Assembly: GCA_030148865.1 (NCBI GenBank)
Contig: JASBSR010000040.1
Span: 141,145 to 205,144 of the forward strand
DNA: 64,000 nt
DNA from: Gammaproteobacteria bacterium
Lineage (GTDB): Bacteria > Pseudomonadota > Gammaproteobacteria > SZUA-229
Reading direction: 5' to 3'
The position numbers and the translations under genes were made by a program. Shown piece after piece: positions 28,635 through 39,636 of the stretch. The notes under the pieces were generated by a model. That model saw only the letters and a list, made by a program, of their open reading frames with translations, was not told the DNA's origin and searched no databases. How positions within the stretch are numbered: the stretch's first letter is position 1; each line of letters starts with the position of its first letter.

Positions 28635-29681
28635 ATGTCAGAAAAAAACCCCGATCCCAGAGCCTCACTCAGCTACCGCGATGCCGGCGTCGATATCGAC
28701 GCAGGTAATCTGCTGATCGAAAAAATCCGTGACAGCGTCGCCAGCACCCGGCGTCCCGGGGTGCTTGGTGGTATCGGCGGCTTTGGCGGCCTGTTCGAAC
28801 TGCCCGCCGGCTACCAGCAACCCGTGCTGGTCTCGGGTACCGACGGGGTCGGCACCAAACTGAAACTCGCGATCGAGCTGGGCAAGCACGATAGCATCGG
28901 CATCGATCTGGTGGCGATGTGCGTCAATGATATTCTGGTGCTCGGTGCCGAACCGCTGTTTTTTCTCGATTATTACGCCACCGGCAAACTCGAGCCAGTG
29001 ATCGCCGCCGATGTGGTCGCCGGCATCGCCGCAGGCTGTCGCCAGTCGGGCGCCGCGTTGATCGGCGGTGAGACTGCTGAAATGCCTGGCATGTATCAGG
29101 CCGGGGATTATGACCTCGCCGGCTTTTGCGTCGGGGTGGTCGAAAAAGCCGAGATCATCGACGGTAGTCAGGTCAAAGCCGGTGATGCCATGATCGCACT
29201 CGCCGCCAGCGGCCCGCACTCCAATGGCTATTCTCTGGTGCGCAAGGTGCTCGAAGTCAGCGCCGCGAAACTCGATCAGGCCTGTGGCGAGACCACGCTC
29301 GGTGACGCCCTGCTCGCACCGACCCGCATCTATGTGGAATCGGTACGGCAGGTACTAAAACAGCTGCCACTGCACGCGCTGGCGCACATCACCGGCGGCG
29401 GATTGCTGGAAAATATTCCGCGGGTACTGCCCGCAGGTACGCGCGCTGCCATCAAACGCAATAGCTGGACGCTACCGCCGGTTTTCGACTGGCTGCAACA
29501 GGCCGGCAATATCAGTGACAGCGAAATGTATCGCACTTTCAACTGCGGTGTCGGCATGGTGGTGGTGGTCAGCGCTGATCGCGCCGCCGCAGCGATCAAT
29601 GCATTCAACCAGGCCGGCGAACATGCCTGGCTGCTGGGCCAGGTGGAAGCGGCTGCCGACAGCGAAGTTGTCATCGCCTGA
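28635..29681 (+). CDS. purM: Phosphoribosylformylglycinamidine cyclo-ligase
   Basis: [49 protein letters not shown]; start moved to ATG 28635. Confidence 0.97.
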   Translation: MSEKNPDPRASLSYRDAGVDIDAGNLLIEKIRDSVASTRRPGVLGGIGGFGGLFELPAGYQQPVLVSGTDGVGTKLKLAIELGKHDSIGIDLVAMCVNDILVLGAEPLFFLDYYATGKLEPVIAADVVAGIAAGCRQSGAALIGGETAEMPGMYQAGDYDLAGFCVGVVEKAEIIDGSQVKAGDAMIALAASGPHSNGYSLVRKVLEVSAAKLDQACGETTLGDALLAPTRIYVESVRQVLKQLPLHALAHITGGGLLENIPRVLPAGTRAAIKRNSWTLPPVFDWLQQAGNISDSEMYRTFNCGVGMVVVVSADRAAAAINAFNQAGEHAWLLGQVEAAADSEVVIA

Positions 29682-29706
29682 ACCTGCACACTGAACCCGA
29701 CGATTA

Positions 29707-30375
29707 GTGAAAATGAAATCTTTTGTCGTGCTGATCTCGGGTCGCGGCAGTAACCTGCAGGCGATCATCGATGCCATCGATGGCGGTCAGATCACAGCCC
29801 GGATCAGCGCGGTAATCAGCAGCCGCGCCGATGCCAGAGGGCTGGAACTCGCCCGCGCCGCAAACATTCCACAAATAGTAATCGCCGCCGTGCCCGGGCA
29901 AAGTCGTGACGCCTACGACCGCGCTCTGATCAAGCAAATCGACGCGTTACCGGTGGATTTTATTGTACTCGCCGGTTTCATGCGTATTCTGAGCACAGAA
30001 TTTATCAACCACTATCCACAGCAGATACTCAATATCCATCCCTCGTTGTTACCCGAATTTAAAGGTCTGCACACCCACCGCCGCGCGCTGGCTGCCGGCT
30101 GCAAAAAACACGGTGCCAGTGTGCATTTTGTCAACGCCGAACTCGACAGCGGCGACGTTGTTTTACAGGCTGAAATCGCGGTACAGGCAGACGATACCGA
30201 ACGCAGCCTGGCACAACGCGTACTCCAGGCTGAACATGTGATATACCCCATGGTCATACAGTGGTATGTTGAGGGCCGCCTGGTATTCAAAAACCACCAG
30301 CTTTTTTTCGATAATCAAGCCCTGGCTGCGGCCTGCCTATGGAAAAACCAGCAACTTGTTCTGCCACAGGCCTGA
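29707..30375 (+). CDS. purN: Phosphoribosylglycinamide formyltransferase
   Basis: VLISGRGSNLQA, LAGFMRIL, NIHPSLLP, GASVHFV, AEHVIYP. Confidence 0.97.
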   Translation: MKMKSFVVLISGRGSNLQAIIDAIDGGQITARISAVISSRADARGLELARAANIPQIVIAAVPGQSRDAYDRALIKQIDALPVDFIVLAGFMRILSTEFINHYPQQILNIHPSLLPEFKGLHTHRRALAAGCKKHGASVHFVNAELDSGDVVLQAEIAVQADDTERSLAQRVLQAEHVIYPMVIQWYVEGRLVFKNHQLFFDNQALAAACLWKNQQLVLPQA

Positions 30376-31127
30376 TGTCCAAACTGCCGAGAAATTCAAA
30401 TATGATCTCCCGACTACTATTGTCAGCCATATTGAGCGTCGCATCATTAACGGCGCAGAGTGCCGAACTGCAGGATTTCGCGGCGACCTACATGATTGAG
30501 AAATACGATATTATCATCGGCGTCGGCGATTACCATCTGGAACAGGATGCGGGCAAGGCGCATTTTTTCATGCGCAGTAAACTCACCGGGCTGGCCGCTC
30601 TGTTCCGCAATGACCGCGCCGAAGAAGACAGCTGGCTGGAAAAAGACCACCAGGGCAGGTTGCAGCTAATGCACTACCGCTACCAGCAATCTGGCAGCAA
30701 ACACAATCGCAATACTGACCTGACTGTCGCCTGGACTGAAGATTGCACCCATGGCCGGGTCAGCGGCAGTCACGCCGGCAAGCCGGTGAGTTTTGATGTT
30801 AAAGCCACTGTCCGCGATGCCTTGTCGTTTCAGCTTTCATTGATGCAGGATGCCGCCAGCGAACGCGCACTCAGCTACGCCGTGTTGAACAAAAACGAAC
30901 TCAAATCTTACATTTTCACCCGCAACGGTAATGAGACTCTGAGCCTAGCAAATCAAAACGTGGAAACCCTGATTGTGGAGCGCAAGACCGATGATCGCAT
31001 CACTCGCTTATGGCTGGCAAAACAATTTCAGTACACTCCGGTTAAAATCGAACAGATTAAAGATGGCACTATTAACACCCGCATGGTGATTGATACCTTG
31101 ACGCAAGCAGGACAAAAAAAACTGTAA
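30375..31127 (+). CDS. DUF3108 domain protein
   Basis: Signal peptide, beta-rich, RITRLWLA...PVKIEQ; follows purN (TGATG overlap; alternative ATG 30402). Confidence 0.75.
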   Translation: MSKLPRNSNMISRLLLSAILSVASLTAQSAELQDFAATYMIEKYDIIIGVGDYHLEQDAGKAHFFMRSKLTGLAALFRNDRAEEDSWLEKDHQGRLQLMHYRYQQSGSKHNRNTDLTVAWTEDCTHGRVSGSHAGKPVSFDVKATVRDALSFQLSLMQDAASERALSYAVLNKNELKSYIFTRNGNETLSLANQNVETLIVERKTDDRITRLWLAKQFQYTPVKIEQIKDGTINTRMVIDTLTQAGQKKL

Positions 31128-31666
31128 TGAATGCCGATGACACCCATGTTGATGACTACGTCAGCAAATCGCAGATCAAGCGTGAGTGTGACGCCTTACA
31201 AAAACTTGGCGAGCAATTACTGCAATTAAAATCTGCTGAACTGGATAAAATTAATTTACCCGAGAAACTGGCCTCTGCTATCCGCGAAGGCAGGAAATTA
31301 AAAGCTCGTGGCGCCCTAAAACGCCAGCGTCAATACATTGGCAAACTGATGCGCGAAGCCGATAGCGAGAACATTGAAAAACAGCTATCATTGATCCAGC
31401 ACCTGCATGATTTTAATGTTACACGCGCCAAACAAACCGAACGCTGGCGCGACCGCCTGCTCAGCGATGATAACCAGGTGGTCACCGAACTGATCGACAC
31501 CTACCCTGATATCGATCGCCAGCACATCAACCAGCTGGTCCGGCTAAGCAAACGCGAGCAGGAGGCAGGCAAACCGCCCGCTGCTGCGCGCAAGTTATAT
31601 AAATATCTTCACGATATCAGCAAACAGAAAATGCTGGCATCAACCCAGAACGAAACGAAAGAATAA
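31127..31666 (+). CDS. yjgA: Ribosome biogenesis factor YjgA/DarP
   Basis: SKSQIKRE..ALQKLGEQL, RQRQYIGKLMR, ERWRDRLL. Confidence 0.92.
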   Translation: MNADDTHVDDYVSKSQIKRECDALQKLGEQLLQLKSAELDKINLPEKLASAIREGRKLKARGALKRQRQYIGKLMREADSENIEKQLSLIQHLHDFNVTRAKQTERWRDRLLSDDNQVVTELIDTYPDIDRQHINQLVRLSKREQEAGKPPAAARKLYKYLHDISKQKMLASTQNETKE

Positions 31667-31674
31667 ACCACTAG

Positions 31675-31774
31675 TCCGCAAATAAACGCAAATAAAAACA
31701 GAATAATATTTATAGTGTAGTGCGCCGCAGGCGCACAAACTAAACATTCGCGTTTATTTGCGTTCATTAGCGGA
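31675..31774. mobile_element. MITE-like element, copy 1 (tandem 10-mer inverted arms)
   Basis: Arms TCCGCAAATAAACGCAAATAAA... and ...ATTCGCGTTTATTTGCGTTCATTAGCGGA with central hairpin GTGCGCC-GCA-GGCGCAC; homologous to 40311-40419. Mobility is inferred only. Confidence 0.65.
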
Positions 31775-31813
31775 TAAAGTTTTTTGCTTTTTGCGAACTA
31801 ACGCTCCAGGCCA

Positions 31814-32644
31814 TCAGATTTTACAGTCAATGCGTCGATGCGCCAGTACCGGGAACGATTTACGTGTGCGTGCCAGCATGGTCATATCGATTTCCGAGAC
31901 CACAACACCAGTGCCGTGCGGTAGTCGATTTAAGATGACACCCCAGGGATCGACGATCATACTATCGCCATGGGTTTCGCGACCGTTGACATGATAGCCG
32001 CCCTGTGCTGCCGCTACAACAAAAGAAAGGTTCTCGATTGCACGCGCGCGCAGCAAAGATTCCCAATGCGCCTTGCCCGTCATACTGGTGAACGCCGAAG
32101 GTAATACGCAAATCTCCATGCCCGCATCCGCCATGGTTCTGAATAACTCAGGAAAACGCAGATCATAACATACTGCCATACCAAGCTTGCCGAACGGGGT
32201 ATCGACCACCACCACTTCATCACCCGGTATGATAGTTTCTGACTCATGATAACTTTCATTACTGGCTTCAATCTTGACGTCGAATAAATGAATTTTGTTA
32301 TAACAGGCGACCATTTCGCCGTTATCGTTATAAAGATGACAGGCACCATAAACCCGGCCAACGTCTTTCGATGCTATCGGGATGGTGCCACCCACCAGCC
32401 AAATTTTATGCTTGCGCGCCTGTTCACTCAGAAAACTCTGTAACGGGCCATCACCCTGCTCTTCAGCGGCGTTGACTTTATCCATTTCACTCATGCCCAT
32501 GATGGCGAAATTTTCTGGCAGCACTATGAGTTTTGCATCCTGTTGAACTGCTATGGCGATCAGTTTCTCCGCCTCGGCCATATTGGCTTTAATATTTGGT
32601 CCTGATGCCATTTGGATGGCCGCAACCTTACTCACCTGATTCAA
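31814..32644 (-). CDS. Carbon-nitrogen hydrolase (Nit1/deaminated glutathione amidase-like)
   Basis: LPENF, YNKIHLFDV, CYDLRFPELFR catalytic E-K-C triad, ARAIEN. Confidence 0.92.
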   Translation of the reverse strand: MNQVSKVAAIQMASGPNIKANMAEAEKLIAIAVQQDAKLIVLPENFAIMGMSEMDKVNAAEEQGDGPLQSFLSEQARKHKIWLVGGTIPIASKDVGRVYGACHLYNDNGEMVACYNKIHLFDVKIEASNESYHESETIIPGDEVVVVDTPFGKLGMAVCYDLRFPELFRTMADAGMEICVLPSAFTSMTGKAHWESLLRARAIENLSFVVAAAQGGYHVNGRETHGDSMIVDPWGVILNRLPHGTGVVVSEIDMTMLARTRKSFPVLAHRRIDCKI

Positions 32645-33051
32645 TCTCCAGTCTGGATAATTTCAAAACGAATAACATCGGCTTCACCACTACCGGGCAC
32701 AGCGTTCATATATTTCGAAGGGACTCCGAGGGAAACCAGCCAGTCCATCAGTGCTTCTACCCAGAGTTCACCTTCTTCGCCACCCGGATAACGCAGTTCA
32801 ATTTTTTGATGTGGGCGGGCAGCCCAGGTATTGACCAGCTGCTGCAAGACGGGCAGCGCCAACAGACGCTCACCTTCACGCGCCATTTCCCACTGCTCGG
32901 CACGCAATATGATCTCGTTGTTACTCTCCGAGACTGATTCTATCGCATAACTGGCGACAGGCAGAGCGCCAGGCACAAAAAAAACCAGCACCAGCCGCAC
33001 AAAATTCCAGCGCGGACAATATCTATAGTGATTTTTAATCATCGCCTTCAC
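32641..33051 (-). CDS. Hypothetical exported protein
   Basis: Overlaps the genes on both sides; hydrophobic N-terminus; LRYPGGEEGELW...DWLVSLG. Confidence 0.7.
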   Translation of the reverse strand: MKAMIKNHYRYCPRWNFVRLVLVFFVPGALPVASYAIESVSESNNEIILRAEQWEMAREGERLLALPVLQQLVNTWAARPHQKIELRYPGGEEGELWVEALMDWLVSLGVPSKYMNAVPGSGEADVIRFEIIQTGD

Positions 33052-36000
33052 CTGGCCTGGCCGGCTTATCTGAATTTGATGTCTTTTTAATGACCGGATT
33101 ATCCCATTTCCCGGTAATCACGTATTTTTCGCGCGCAAGTTTGTCGATCCCCAGTAATTTTTCCAGTAATACCAGACCGGCACCAACGATTGGGCCACCT
33201 GCGATGGTGCCACCGGTGAATGCGGCTCCTGAGGAATTAGGTCTAACTTCCATTTTCAGATCATAATCTTCTGCCGTCAGGCCAACACGGCCATCAATAT
33301 TGATATTGGCAGAAGCAGCTTCGATATTAATGTTTCGTGTTGTCACATTGCCGCCGACAAATGCCAGATCACCACGAATTCTATCAAAGACAAAGCCATC
33401 TTTATAAACATCACCGAAATCCAGCATAAGGCGCTGCGGTAACTGCAGCACATTCAACAGCCCCAGCAGACGCCCACCCGCACCAGGCTTAACATCCAGC
33501 ATAATGCCTTTTTCAAGTTTAAAGCCGGCTGACCCGGTTAACTCAGCCAGCGAAAAGCGGTACGGTTCCGCCAGCCATTGCCAGTCAACGCTGGCCTCAA
33601 GCTCGCCGCGATCGAATACTCCCGGATATCCCAGGCCACTGAGTGCATCGCCCAGATGTTCGCTGCGCACCTGTAATTTAAAATTCGTTTCCTGCCTGTG
33701 TTGCCAGCTGGTCAGCCAGCTGCCCTTGCCGGTGATATCCAATGCTCTGCTGTGCACGCGGATGTCGTTGATTAACATACCATGGCTGTGGCGCTCGCTC
33801 TGTAGTGATACATTGGTTAGATTCAATTTGTCCCAGTCGAGTCGATCAGCATGAAAATTTAGCGACGGCACTGTGGATGGATCAATACCATTATCACTCG
33901 ACTGTGAATCAGCAGTTTTCACCAAAGCGGATAAATTCGCGTAATCCAGGTCAATATTGATCTGCGAATCAGGTGAAAGGCCTTCTACAAAACCAGCTTC
34001 GCCTTTTAGCCAGGGCGCGTCAAATTCCAGCTGCCAGCGTTTATCAGCATCTCGATTAGCAACCACGTGCGCCACATCATCGGAATTCATGGTGAGCCGT
34101 AACGCATTATTCAGCCGGTTCAGCGTCAGCTGTATTGGTTGTGAGGCCTCCGCTGATTTGTTCCATTGATCGGAAATCGACACCGCCGTACCTTTTAGCG
34201 TGGAAGACATATCCACGTTAAACCCATTGGCGGCATCCAGTGGAACATGAACCAGAACATCCCAGTCCGAGCGACCCTTAAACCAGTTTTCGGGCATCCA
34301 TGCAAAATGTTTTAACAGACCGTCTATGGGTAAGCGGCCTCTAACTCGAAACACAGATTCAGTTTGCGCGGACCTTACCGTGGTTGCCGTAATTATCACT
34401 GGCTCGGCCTCGAAGCTTGCCGTCAGTTCGCGAGCCTCAAGCGATTTATCGGTGAATACCAGTTCACCGTTAAGGTCATTCAACTGATAATCCATCACTG
34501 GCAGTAACAGCACATTCTTCTGAAAGTTTAGCCTGCCCAGGGTCTGTACTGATTTGTGCTTTTGACCATACGGAATGGTCAGTGCCAGATTAAGATTGAG
34601 GTCACCAATAAGTTGTACCTGATGCATGGCATCACCCAGCACGGTATTCAGGCCGCTATTCCATATGTATTTGCGCATATCTTCAGCCGGCGCAACAATG
34701 TCACCATGCAGCTCGAGCGGACTAGTGTTCAGATTATCAATGCTTGCGCTCGCATGACGTAATTCACCACGGTACACCCGCGCCCTGGCCTGCTCGATTT
34801 GTAAGCCCTCATTATAAAATCGAACCTGCGCCGCTACTGATTCCAATGCCGGCCAGTCAGGTAAAAAACTGAGTGTTACATCACTGACTTTAAACAATAC
34901 TTCCATCACACCTTGATTGTCTAAAAACGGGAACTTGTTCACATCACCTTTAAAAATAACCCCCCCTGGCTCGATATGACCACCCGAGAGCGATGACTCT
35001 AACCATGAAACAGTATCAGCAGGCAGCACTCCAGCTGGATAATATTTTGCTATCGCATCGCCATGCACTGGTCCGAAATCAGTTTGCATATCAAGATACA
35101 CATCGCCGCTATCTGGCCAGCGCGCATAAATCCGTGAACGCGTTGCAATATCATCGTTTGCCAACAAAAATGAGTTAGCGTTAATAATCCATTGCTGATT
35201 CTCTCGGTGCGCATTAACGGCACCGTGCAATCGCGTCACAGCAATCGCCTGACGAAATACAGTACCCAGCTTCACATGCGCATGATCACTGGCTAGCAGC
35301 ACATGAACTTGTCCATCCTGGTAAGCGAAATCACCGTCGATACCCGACATCTCTATCTTTTGTTTTGGCAGTACAAAGTCGAAGCCGTGCAGAACTGCGC
35401 CCAGTTCTGGATCCCTGGCTGTAGCACTGGTTTTATCATCCGGTGGCAATGTCAGATTCAGGTTATACACATCTCCGGCAAATCGAGTCGATGCCAGCGA
35501 TTTGAGCTGATCTGGATAATGTTTAGCTGGTATCACCGACAACAAATCACTAACATCGTCGAGTTTAAGGTAGTTCGCCGATACCTGATAACCTGTTGCT
35601 GTGTTTTCTCGCAACAGCAAGTTGCCTGGCAGCGCCCATGTGTGACCATTTCTGCGCAATTGCAGATTATTGATATCCAGCCGCCAGGCAGCAGAATATG
35701 TCTGCCAGAAAATATCTGCGGAAAGCGCCTCTGCCTGCCAGTGCTGCACCCGGCCTGACGTCTGCTTCGGTATCTGTAAATCCAGCTGCGTGAAAGCGAA
35801 ACGCGACTTAAGCTGTTTCACCTGTCTACCGTTCAGGCTCAGCCATATTTCAGCATCAGCAACACCAGTCGCAGCGAGATGTTTTTCCAGATCCAGTTTG
35901 CCGATAAAAGACTTCAGCTGTAATTGCTGAACATTGAAATAGATTTCAGAATTCGCCGATTCAAGCGCTGATAAATCACCGTCGACTTCAGCTATCATTT

Positions 36001-36628
36001 GCAAACGCTTGCCATAGCTATCAGGCAGGTCGACACTGGCCTGCACAGCGTGCGTGCCGAGTAAGTTTTCCACCCGAATATTAACATTTTTCAAATCAAG
36101 ATTTTCGAACGCGTGCTGTGCGTCATGCAGTTGTACACGGCTATTCAAAAGAGAGTAATTCGAATTATTGATCTGATTAATCAGTTCATCTGAAACCCGT
36201 TCGCTATCTGAACGTGCAATCTGAATACCTTGTAAAAACCATTGGCCCTGCTTGTTCCGTTCAATCAACAGATCTGCGCCTGACAGACTGATGTCACCAA
36301 TCATTGGCGACATAAACCGAATGGAGTCGATGTACGAAAATGCGAAGGTGATTTCATCAAACTGAACTAACACGCTTTTGCCATCAGCGTTGTACACCTG
36401 GACATCCACCAGCTTAAGCTGCGGTCGCAGCCAGCTCATATCCGCATCCAGGGATGCTATTTTTACCGGCAGACCCAGCTGCATTTCCAGCGCGCGATCA
36501 ACTTCTTTTAGATATCCCGTGGCGTGCGGCAATACCGCGCGCAGAATAGTGAACGCAACCGCCAGCACGATAATGATAATCGCCACTGTTGTGATCAGGC
36601 AGACACGAAATTTTTCGAGCCAGGCCAT
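33035..36628 (-). CDS. yhdP: YhdP (AsmA-like phospholipid transport protein)
   Basis: 1197 aa, N-terminal TM, C-terminal GAGGRLLGLL...LDFGDV...GFVFD...YVITGKWDNP; rng-yhdP-nit context. Confidence 0.9.
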   Translation of the reverse strand: MAWLEKFRVCLITTVAIIIIVLAVAFTILRAVLPHATGYLKEVDRALEMQLGLPVKIASLDADMSWLRPQLKLVDVQVYNADGKSVLVQFDEITFAFSYIDSIRFMSPMIGDISLSGADLLIERNKQGQWFLQGIQIARSDSERVSDELINQINNSNYSLLNSRVQLHDAQHAFENLDLKNVNIRVENLLGTHAVQASVDLPDSYGKRLQMIAEVDGDLSALESANSEIYFNVQQLQLKSFIGKLDLEKHLAATGVADAEIWLSLNGRQVKQLKSRFAFTQLDLQIPKQTSGRVQHWQAEALSADIFWQTYSAAWRLDINNLQLRRNGHTWALPGNLLLRENTATGYQVSANYLKLDDVSDLLSVIPAKHYPDQLKSLASTRFAGDVYNLNLTLPPDDKTSATARDPELGAVLHGFDFVLPKQKIEMSGIDGDFAYQDGQVHVLLASDHAHVKLGTVFRQAIAVTRLHGAVNAHRENQQWIINANSFLLANDDIATRSRIYARWPDSGDVYLDMQTDFGPVHGDAIAKYYPAGVLPADTVSWLESSLSGGHIEPGGVIFKGDVNKFPFLDNQGVMEVLFKVSDVTLSFLPDWPALESVAAQVRFYNEGLQIEQARARVYRGELRHASASIDNLNTSPLELHGDIVAPAEDMRKYIWNSGLNTVLGDAMHQVQLIGDLNLNLALTIPYGQKHKSVQTLGRLNFQKNVLLLPVMDYQLNDLNGELVFTDKSLEARELTASFEAEPVIITATTVRSAQTESVFRVRGRLPIDGLLKHFAWMPENWFKGRSDWDVLVHVPLDAANGFNVDMSSTLKGTAVSISDQWNKSAEASQPIQLTLNRLNNALRLTMNSDDVAHVVANRDADKRWQLEFDAPWLKGEAGFVEGLSPDSQINIDLDYANLSALVKTADSQSSDNGIDPSTVPSLNFHADRLDWDKLNLTNVSLQSERHSHGMLINDIRVHSRALDITGKGSWLTSWQHRQETNFKLQVRSEHLGDALSGLGYPGVFDRGELEASVDWQWLAEPYRFSLAELTGSAGFKLEKGIMLDVKPGAGGRLLGLLNVLQLPQRLMLDFGDVYKDGFVFDRIRGDLAFVGGNVTTRNINIEAASANINIDGRVGLTAEDYDLKMEVRPNSSGAAFTGGTIAGGPIVGAGLVLLEKLLGIDKLAREKYVITGKWDNPVIKKTSNSDKPARPGEGDD

Positions 36629-36669
36629 ACGAATTATTGAGTACCTGTGGAATAAATCATTAGTGACCG

Positions 36670-38151
36670 CTACATAATCACAACATCGTACTGCTCTGGT
36701 GTGAACATGGCTTCAACCTGAAATTTGATTGGAATCTCAATAAAACCTTCCAGCTCGGCGAGGCTACCGGATTCTTCATCAACCAGCAGGTCGACCACTT
36801 CCTGCGATGCCAGTACCAGTAGTTCTCTGGCATCAAACTGTCTGGCCTCACGCAATATCTCGCGGAAAATTTCGTAACAAATGGTTTCAGCCGTTTTAAT
36901 CGTACCGCGACCTTCACAGGTGGGACATACCCCACAAAGCACATGCTCCAGGCTTTCGCGGGTACGTTTGCGCGTCATCTCTATCAACCCTAACGATGAA
37001 ACATCACACACGTGCGTGCGGGCATGATCTTTTTCCAGCGCCTTTTCCAGTGCACGCATCACCTGACGTTTGTGTTCGTCTTCGCTCATATCGATAAAAT
37101 CAAGAATAATAATACCGCCGAGATTGCGTAAACGTAACTGACGCGCGATGGCCTGTGCGGCTTCGAGGTTAGTTTTAAAAATGGTTTCTTCGAGATTACG
37201 ATTACCGACAAAAGCGCCCGTATTCACATCGATCGTAGTCATGGCTTCGGTCTGATCAATAATTAAATAACCACCAGACTTGAGATGTACTTTTTTTTCC
37301 AGGCCTTTCTGGATTTCGTCTTCTACATTATGCAAGTCAAAAATCGGACGTTCACCGGGATAGTGCTCGATCAGCTCGACCACTTCTGGCACATATTCAC
37401 TAGCAAAGCTCTGCATGATCTGAAACGTCTCGCGCGAATCGACACGTATTTTTTCCAGATCTTCATCCACCATGTCACGCAGTACGCGTAGATACAGCGG
37501 TAGATCCTTGTGTACAACATCACCGGCTTTGGCGCTGCTGGCATCACGAATTTTTTGCCAGAGGCGATTCAGATATTTGATATCGCGCGAGATCGATTCT
37601 TCTGTCGCTACTTCGGCGGCGGTGCGCAAAATATAGCCCGAACCCTCACTGCGATCTTCGTGATTTGTCAGCATGGCACGCAGACGTTCGCGTTCTTCAT
37701 CGCTGTCTATGCGTGACGAAACACCGATATTATCCGAATTGGGCATGAACACCAGATAACGCGATGGTACCGTGATGTTTGAAGTCAGACGCGCACCCTT
37801 GGTGCCCAGCGGGTCTTTTACCACCTGCACCAGCAATTCCTGCCCTTCCTGCAGAACTCGGCTGATATGCAACTGGCCATTGCTTTCGGCCTGTTGCCTG
37901 GCGCTCAAGGCCATATCTGAGACGTGTAAAAACGCGGCCCGTTCGAGACCGATTTCAACAAAGGCGGCTTCCATACCTGGCAGTACGCGCACAACCTTGC
38001 CCTTGTAGACATTGCCGACAAGACCGCGGTTACGGCTACGCTCGATATAGAGTTCGTGCAGCATGCCGTTTTCCAGTATCGCGACCCGAGTTTCCTGCGG
38101 CGTAACATTGATCAGGACTTCCTTACTTATACTCATAAAACTCTGACTCAA
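36670..38151 (-). CDS. rng: Ribonuclease G
   Basis: LINVTPQETRVA, GNVYKGKVVRVLPGMEAAFV, TIDVNTG, LRNLGGIIILDFIDM. Confidence 0.96.
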   Translation of the reverse strand: MSQSFMSISKEVLINVTPQETRVAILENGMLHELYIERSRNRGLVGNVYKGKVVRVLPGMEAAFVEIGLERAAFLHVSDMALSARQQAESNGQLHISRVLQEGQELLVQVVKDPLGTKGARLTSNITVPSRYLVFMPNSDNIGVSSRIDSDEERERLRAMLTNHEDRSEGSGYILRTAAEVATEESISRDIKYLNRLWQKIRDASSAKAGDVVHKDLPLYLRVLRDMVDEDLEKIRVDSRETFQIMQSFASEYVPEVVELIEHYPGERPIFDLHNVEDEIQKGLEKKVHLKSGGYLIIDQTEAMTTIDVNTGAFVGNRNLEETIFKTNLEAAQAIARQLRLRNLGGIIILDFIDMSEDEHKRQVMRALEKALEKDHARTHVCDVSSLGLIEMTRKRTRESLEHVLCGVCPTCEGRGTIKTAETICYEIFREILREARQFDARELLVLASQEVVDLLVDEESGSLAELEGFIEIPIKFQVEAMFTPEQYDVVIM

Positions 38152-38777
38152 ATAGTTTCATCTGTTACCAAATCATAGCCTGAATCCGGACATGAAAACG
38201 GCCCGGTTTCACAGCTTTTCAATAACCCACAGGTTTCGTACAACGGCAGTCCCATCACGCCGGAATAACTGCCGTTGAGATTTCTTATAAATTGCCCACC
38301 CAGCCCCTGTATCGCGTAGCCACCGGCTTTATCCAGGGGCTCACCGCTGGCAACATAGGCTTCAATTTCTGCCGGCGTGAGCGCAGCGAATTCGACCTGA
38401 CTACTGCTCAAAACTGAGCGCAGTCGCCCGGCACAATAAATACACAGCGCGGTATGCACGACATGCTGCCGAGCCGAGAGCATGGCCAGCATGGCTTGCG
38501 CCTGATGCGCACCGACCGGCTTGCCAAGAATCTCACCATCGCATTCGACGATGGTATCTGCCGCCAGGACAGGCAAGTGGATATCCTGCGCGGCAGCAAG
38601 TTCAGCCCCGGTACGAGCTTTTTCCTGCGCCAGGCGCAGCACATAATCGCTCGCGGCTTCACCGGCACGAACAGTTTCATTGATTTCGGTCGCTAGCACA
38701 CGAAAACTCACACCGATTTGTCGCAGCAACTCAGCGCGTCGCGGTGATGCCGAAGCAAGAATGATTTCAGGTTTCAT
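38148..38777 (-). CDS. maf: Maf-family nucleotide pyrophosphatase (YhdE-like)
   Basis: ILASASPRRAELL, LAADTIV, EPLDKAGGYAIQG, GSYSGVMGLPL. Confidence 0.95.
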   Translation of the reverse strand: MKPEIILASASPRRAELLRQIGVSFRVLATEINETVRAGEAASDYVLRLAQEKARTGAELAAAQDIHLPVLAADTIVECDGEILGKPVGAHQAQAMLAMLSARQHVVHTALCIYCAGRLRSVLSSSQVEFAALTPAEIEAYVASGEPLDKAGGYAIQGLGGQFIRNLNGSYSGVMGLPLYETCGLLKSCETGPFSCPDSGYDLVTDETI

Positions 38778-38780
38778 GCG

Positions 38781-39251
38781 TCAGCCGCGATGATAAGGGT
38801 GATTTGCGAGTATGCTCCAGGCACGATACAACTGTTCGCAAAGCATGACACGGATAAGTGTGTGGGGAAAAGTCAGCTCCGAAAGCGACAACAAACTGTC
38901 TGCCTGCTGTCTGAAATCATCGCTAACGCCATCGGGCCCGCCGATGACAATAGCCACATCCTGCCCGCTTTGCTGCCAGCGCCCGAGTTGCTCGGCGAGT
39001 TTTTCTGTACTCATGGCTCTGCCTTTAACATCGAGCACCACGGTTATGCTGCCGGTGGGAATCGCCTGCTGCAATTTAAGACATTCATCGCGTTTGATGC
39101 GTTCGATATCAGGATTTTTCCCGCGCTTGATCAGCGGCAATAATTTTGCCTGGAGTTTGATTTCCGGTGGCAGACGGCGAATAAAATCATCGCAGGCGGC
39201 CTCAACCCATGCTGGCATTTTGTGGCCAATGGCAATGAGATGAATATTCAT
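38781..39251 (-). CDS. rlmH: 23S rRNA pseudouridine-1915 N3-methyltransferase
   Basis: IGGPDG, LSLSELTFPH, EQLYRAWSILANHPYHR. Confidence 0.97.
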   Translation of the reverse strand: MNIHLIAIGHKMPAWVEAACDDFIRRLPPEIKLQAKLLPLIKRGKNPDIERIKRDECLKLQQAIPTGSITVVLDVKGRAMSTEKLAEQLGRWQQSGQDVAIVIGGPDGVSDDFRQQADSLLSLSELTFPHTLIRVMLCEQLYRAWSILANHPYHRG

Positions 39252-39273
39252 CCGATGTGGTGCTCAGAACCCG

Positions 39274-39627
39274 TCAGGATGCATCCTGGCGTTCGCGCTT
39301 GATTACATCGAGTCGCCACAGGCTTTCCAGGTCATAGAACTCACGGCTCTGGGGCTGCATCACATGCACAATCACATCACCAAGGTCAACCAGCACCCAT
39401 TCACCATCGCTTTCCCCTTCTATCCCCAGCGGTTGCACACCCGCTTTTTTCGCTTCGAGCACAACATTGCTGGCCAGCGATTTGACGTGGCGGCTGGAGG
39501 TACCGGTGGCGATAAACAAAAAATCGGTGACGCCGGTCTTGTCTTTAACATCAAGTTCGGTGATATCTTTGGCTTTCAGGTCTTCCAGTGCATTGCGCAC
39601 CAAGGCTCTGAGTTGGTCTAAGGTCAT
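39274..39627 (-). CDS. rsfS: Ribosome silencing factor
   Basis: [41 protein letters not shown]. Confidence 0.97.
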   Translation of the reverse strand: MTLDQLRALVRNALEDLKAKDITELDVKDKTGVTDFLFIATGTSSRHVKSLASNVVLEAKKAGVQPLGIEGESDGEWVLVDLGDVIVHVMQPQSREFYDLESLWRLDVIKRERQDAS

Positions 39628-39636
39628 GTGTTCGGG

